A DNA stretch of 64,000 bases from Lama guanicoe. Its lineage: Eukaryota. This document shows positions 63,659 through 64,000 of this stretch, one piece after another. The number at the start of each line of letters is the position of its first letter. Within the stretch, counting starts at the first letter, position 1. The position numbers and the translations under genes were made by a program. Where the stretch lies: NCBI GenBank assembly GCA_013239625.1, contig MU054187.1, forward strand, positions 15,038,974-15,102,973, written 5' to 3'. The notes beneath the pieces are model-generated. The model made no database searches and was not told where the DNA came from. It saw only the letters and a list, made by a program, of their open reading frames with translations.

Positions 63659-64000
63659 GATCTATCTGGTCTTGAATATAGATGCTCAATATACTTCATT
63701 TTATGCTATTATGTTTTGATATATGTTTTATTATTTTCAAGGAGGCACCTTTGGAGAAGTAAATAATTAGGCACAAGCAAGAATTATACATAGAAAGTTG
63801 CTTGAAAACAGGAATATTTTCTTAGGTGAGGAAAAGCCATAACATTGTCTCCTATTGCACTAAAAACTTCTAAGAATAAAAGAGGTTAAGCTTGGTAGTA
63901 TAGCACTCATTGACATGATAGAAAAATCTAACTAAATAGCATCTATGAATCTGACTAATTCGAGCCATGAGCAAATAGCAATGTTACTGCAGTGAGTGAG

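Overview
This is AT-rich, non-coding mammalian genomic DNA (intergenic or deep intronic), almost certainly from a camelid (alpaca/camel lineage). The taxon call rests on a tRNA-Ala-derived Vic-1-type SINE at ~30.7-30.9 kb and on L1 3' ends of cetartiodactyl/camelid type. I find no intact protein-coding gene, rRNA, genuine tRNA or CRISPR array. The ORFs in the supplied track are chance ORFs, simple-repeat translations, or broken pieces of L1 ORF1/ORF2 and an ERVL integrase. The window is a layered record of transposon insertions: ancient MIR, L2 and L3/CR1; hAT DNA transposons (MER5, MER58, MER63, Charlie4-like, MER3/33-like); ERVL/MaLR LTRs; two related ERV1-class solo LTRs with perfect 4-bp target-site duplications (TSDs); several large decayed L1 copies; and a 296-N assembly gap. 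The most interesting non-repeat signals are two promoter/enhancer-like motif clusters at ~19.3 kb and ~21.1 kb in a repeat-poor block, and a purine minisatellite with a 28/56-bp higher-order structure at 44.9 kb. I could not support a novel biological system here. Repeat family names come from my recall of consensus sequences, not from a database search, and boundaries of old repeats are approximate.
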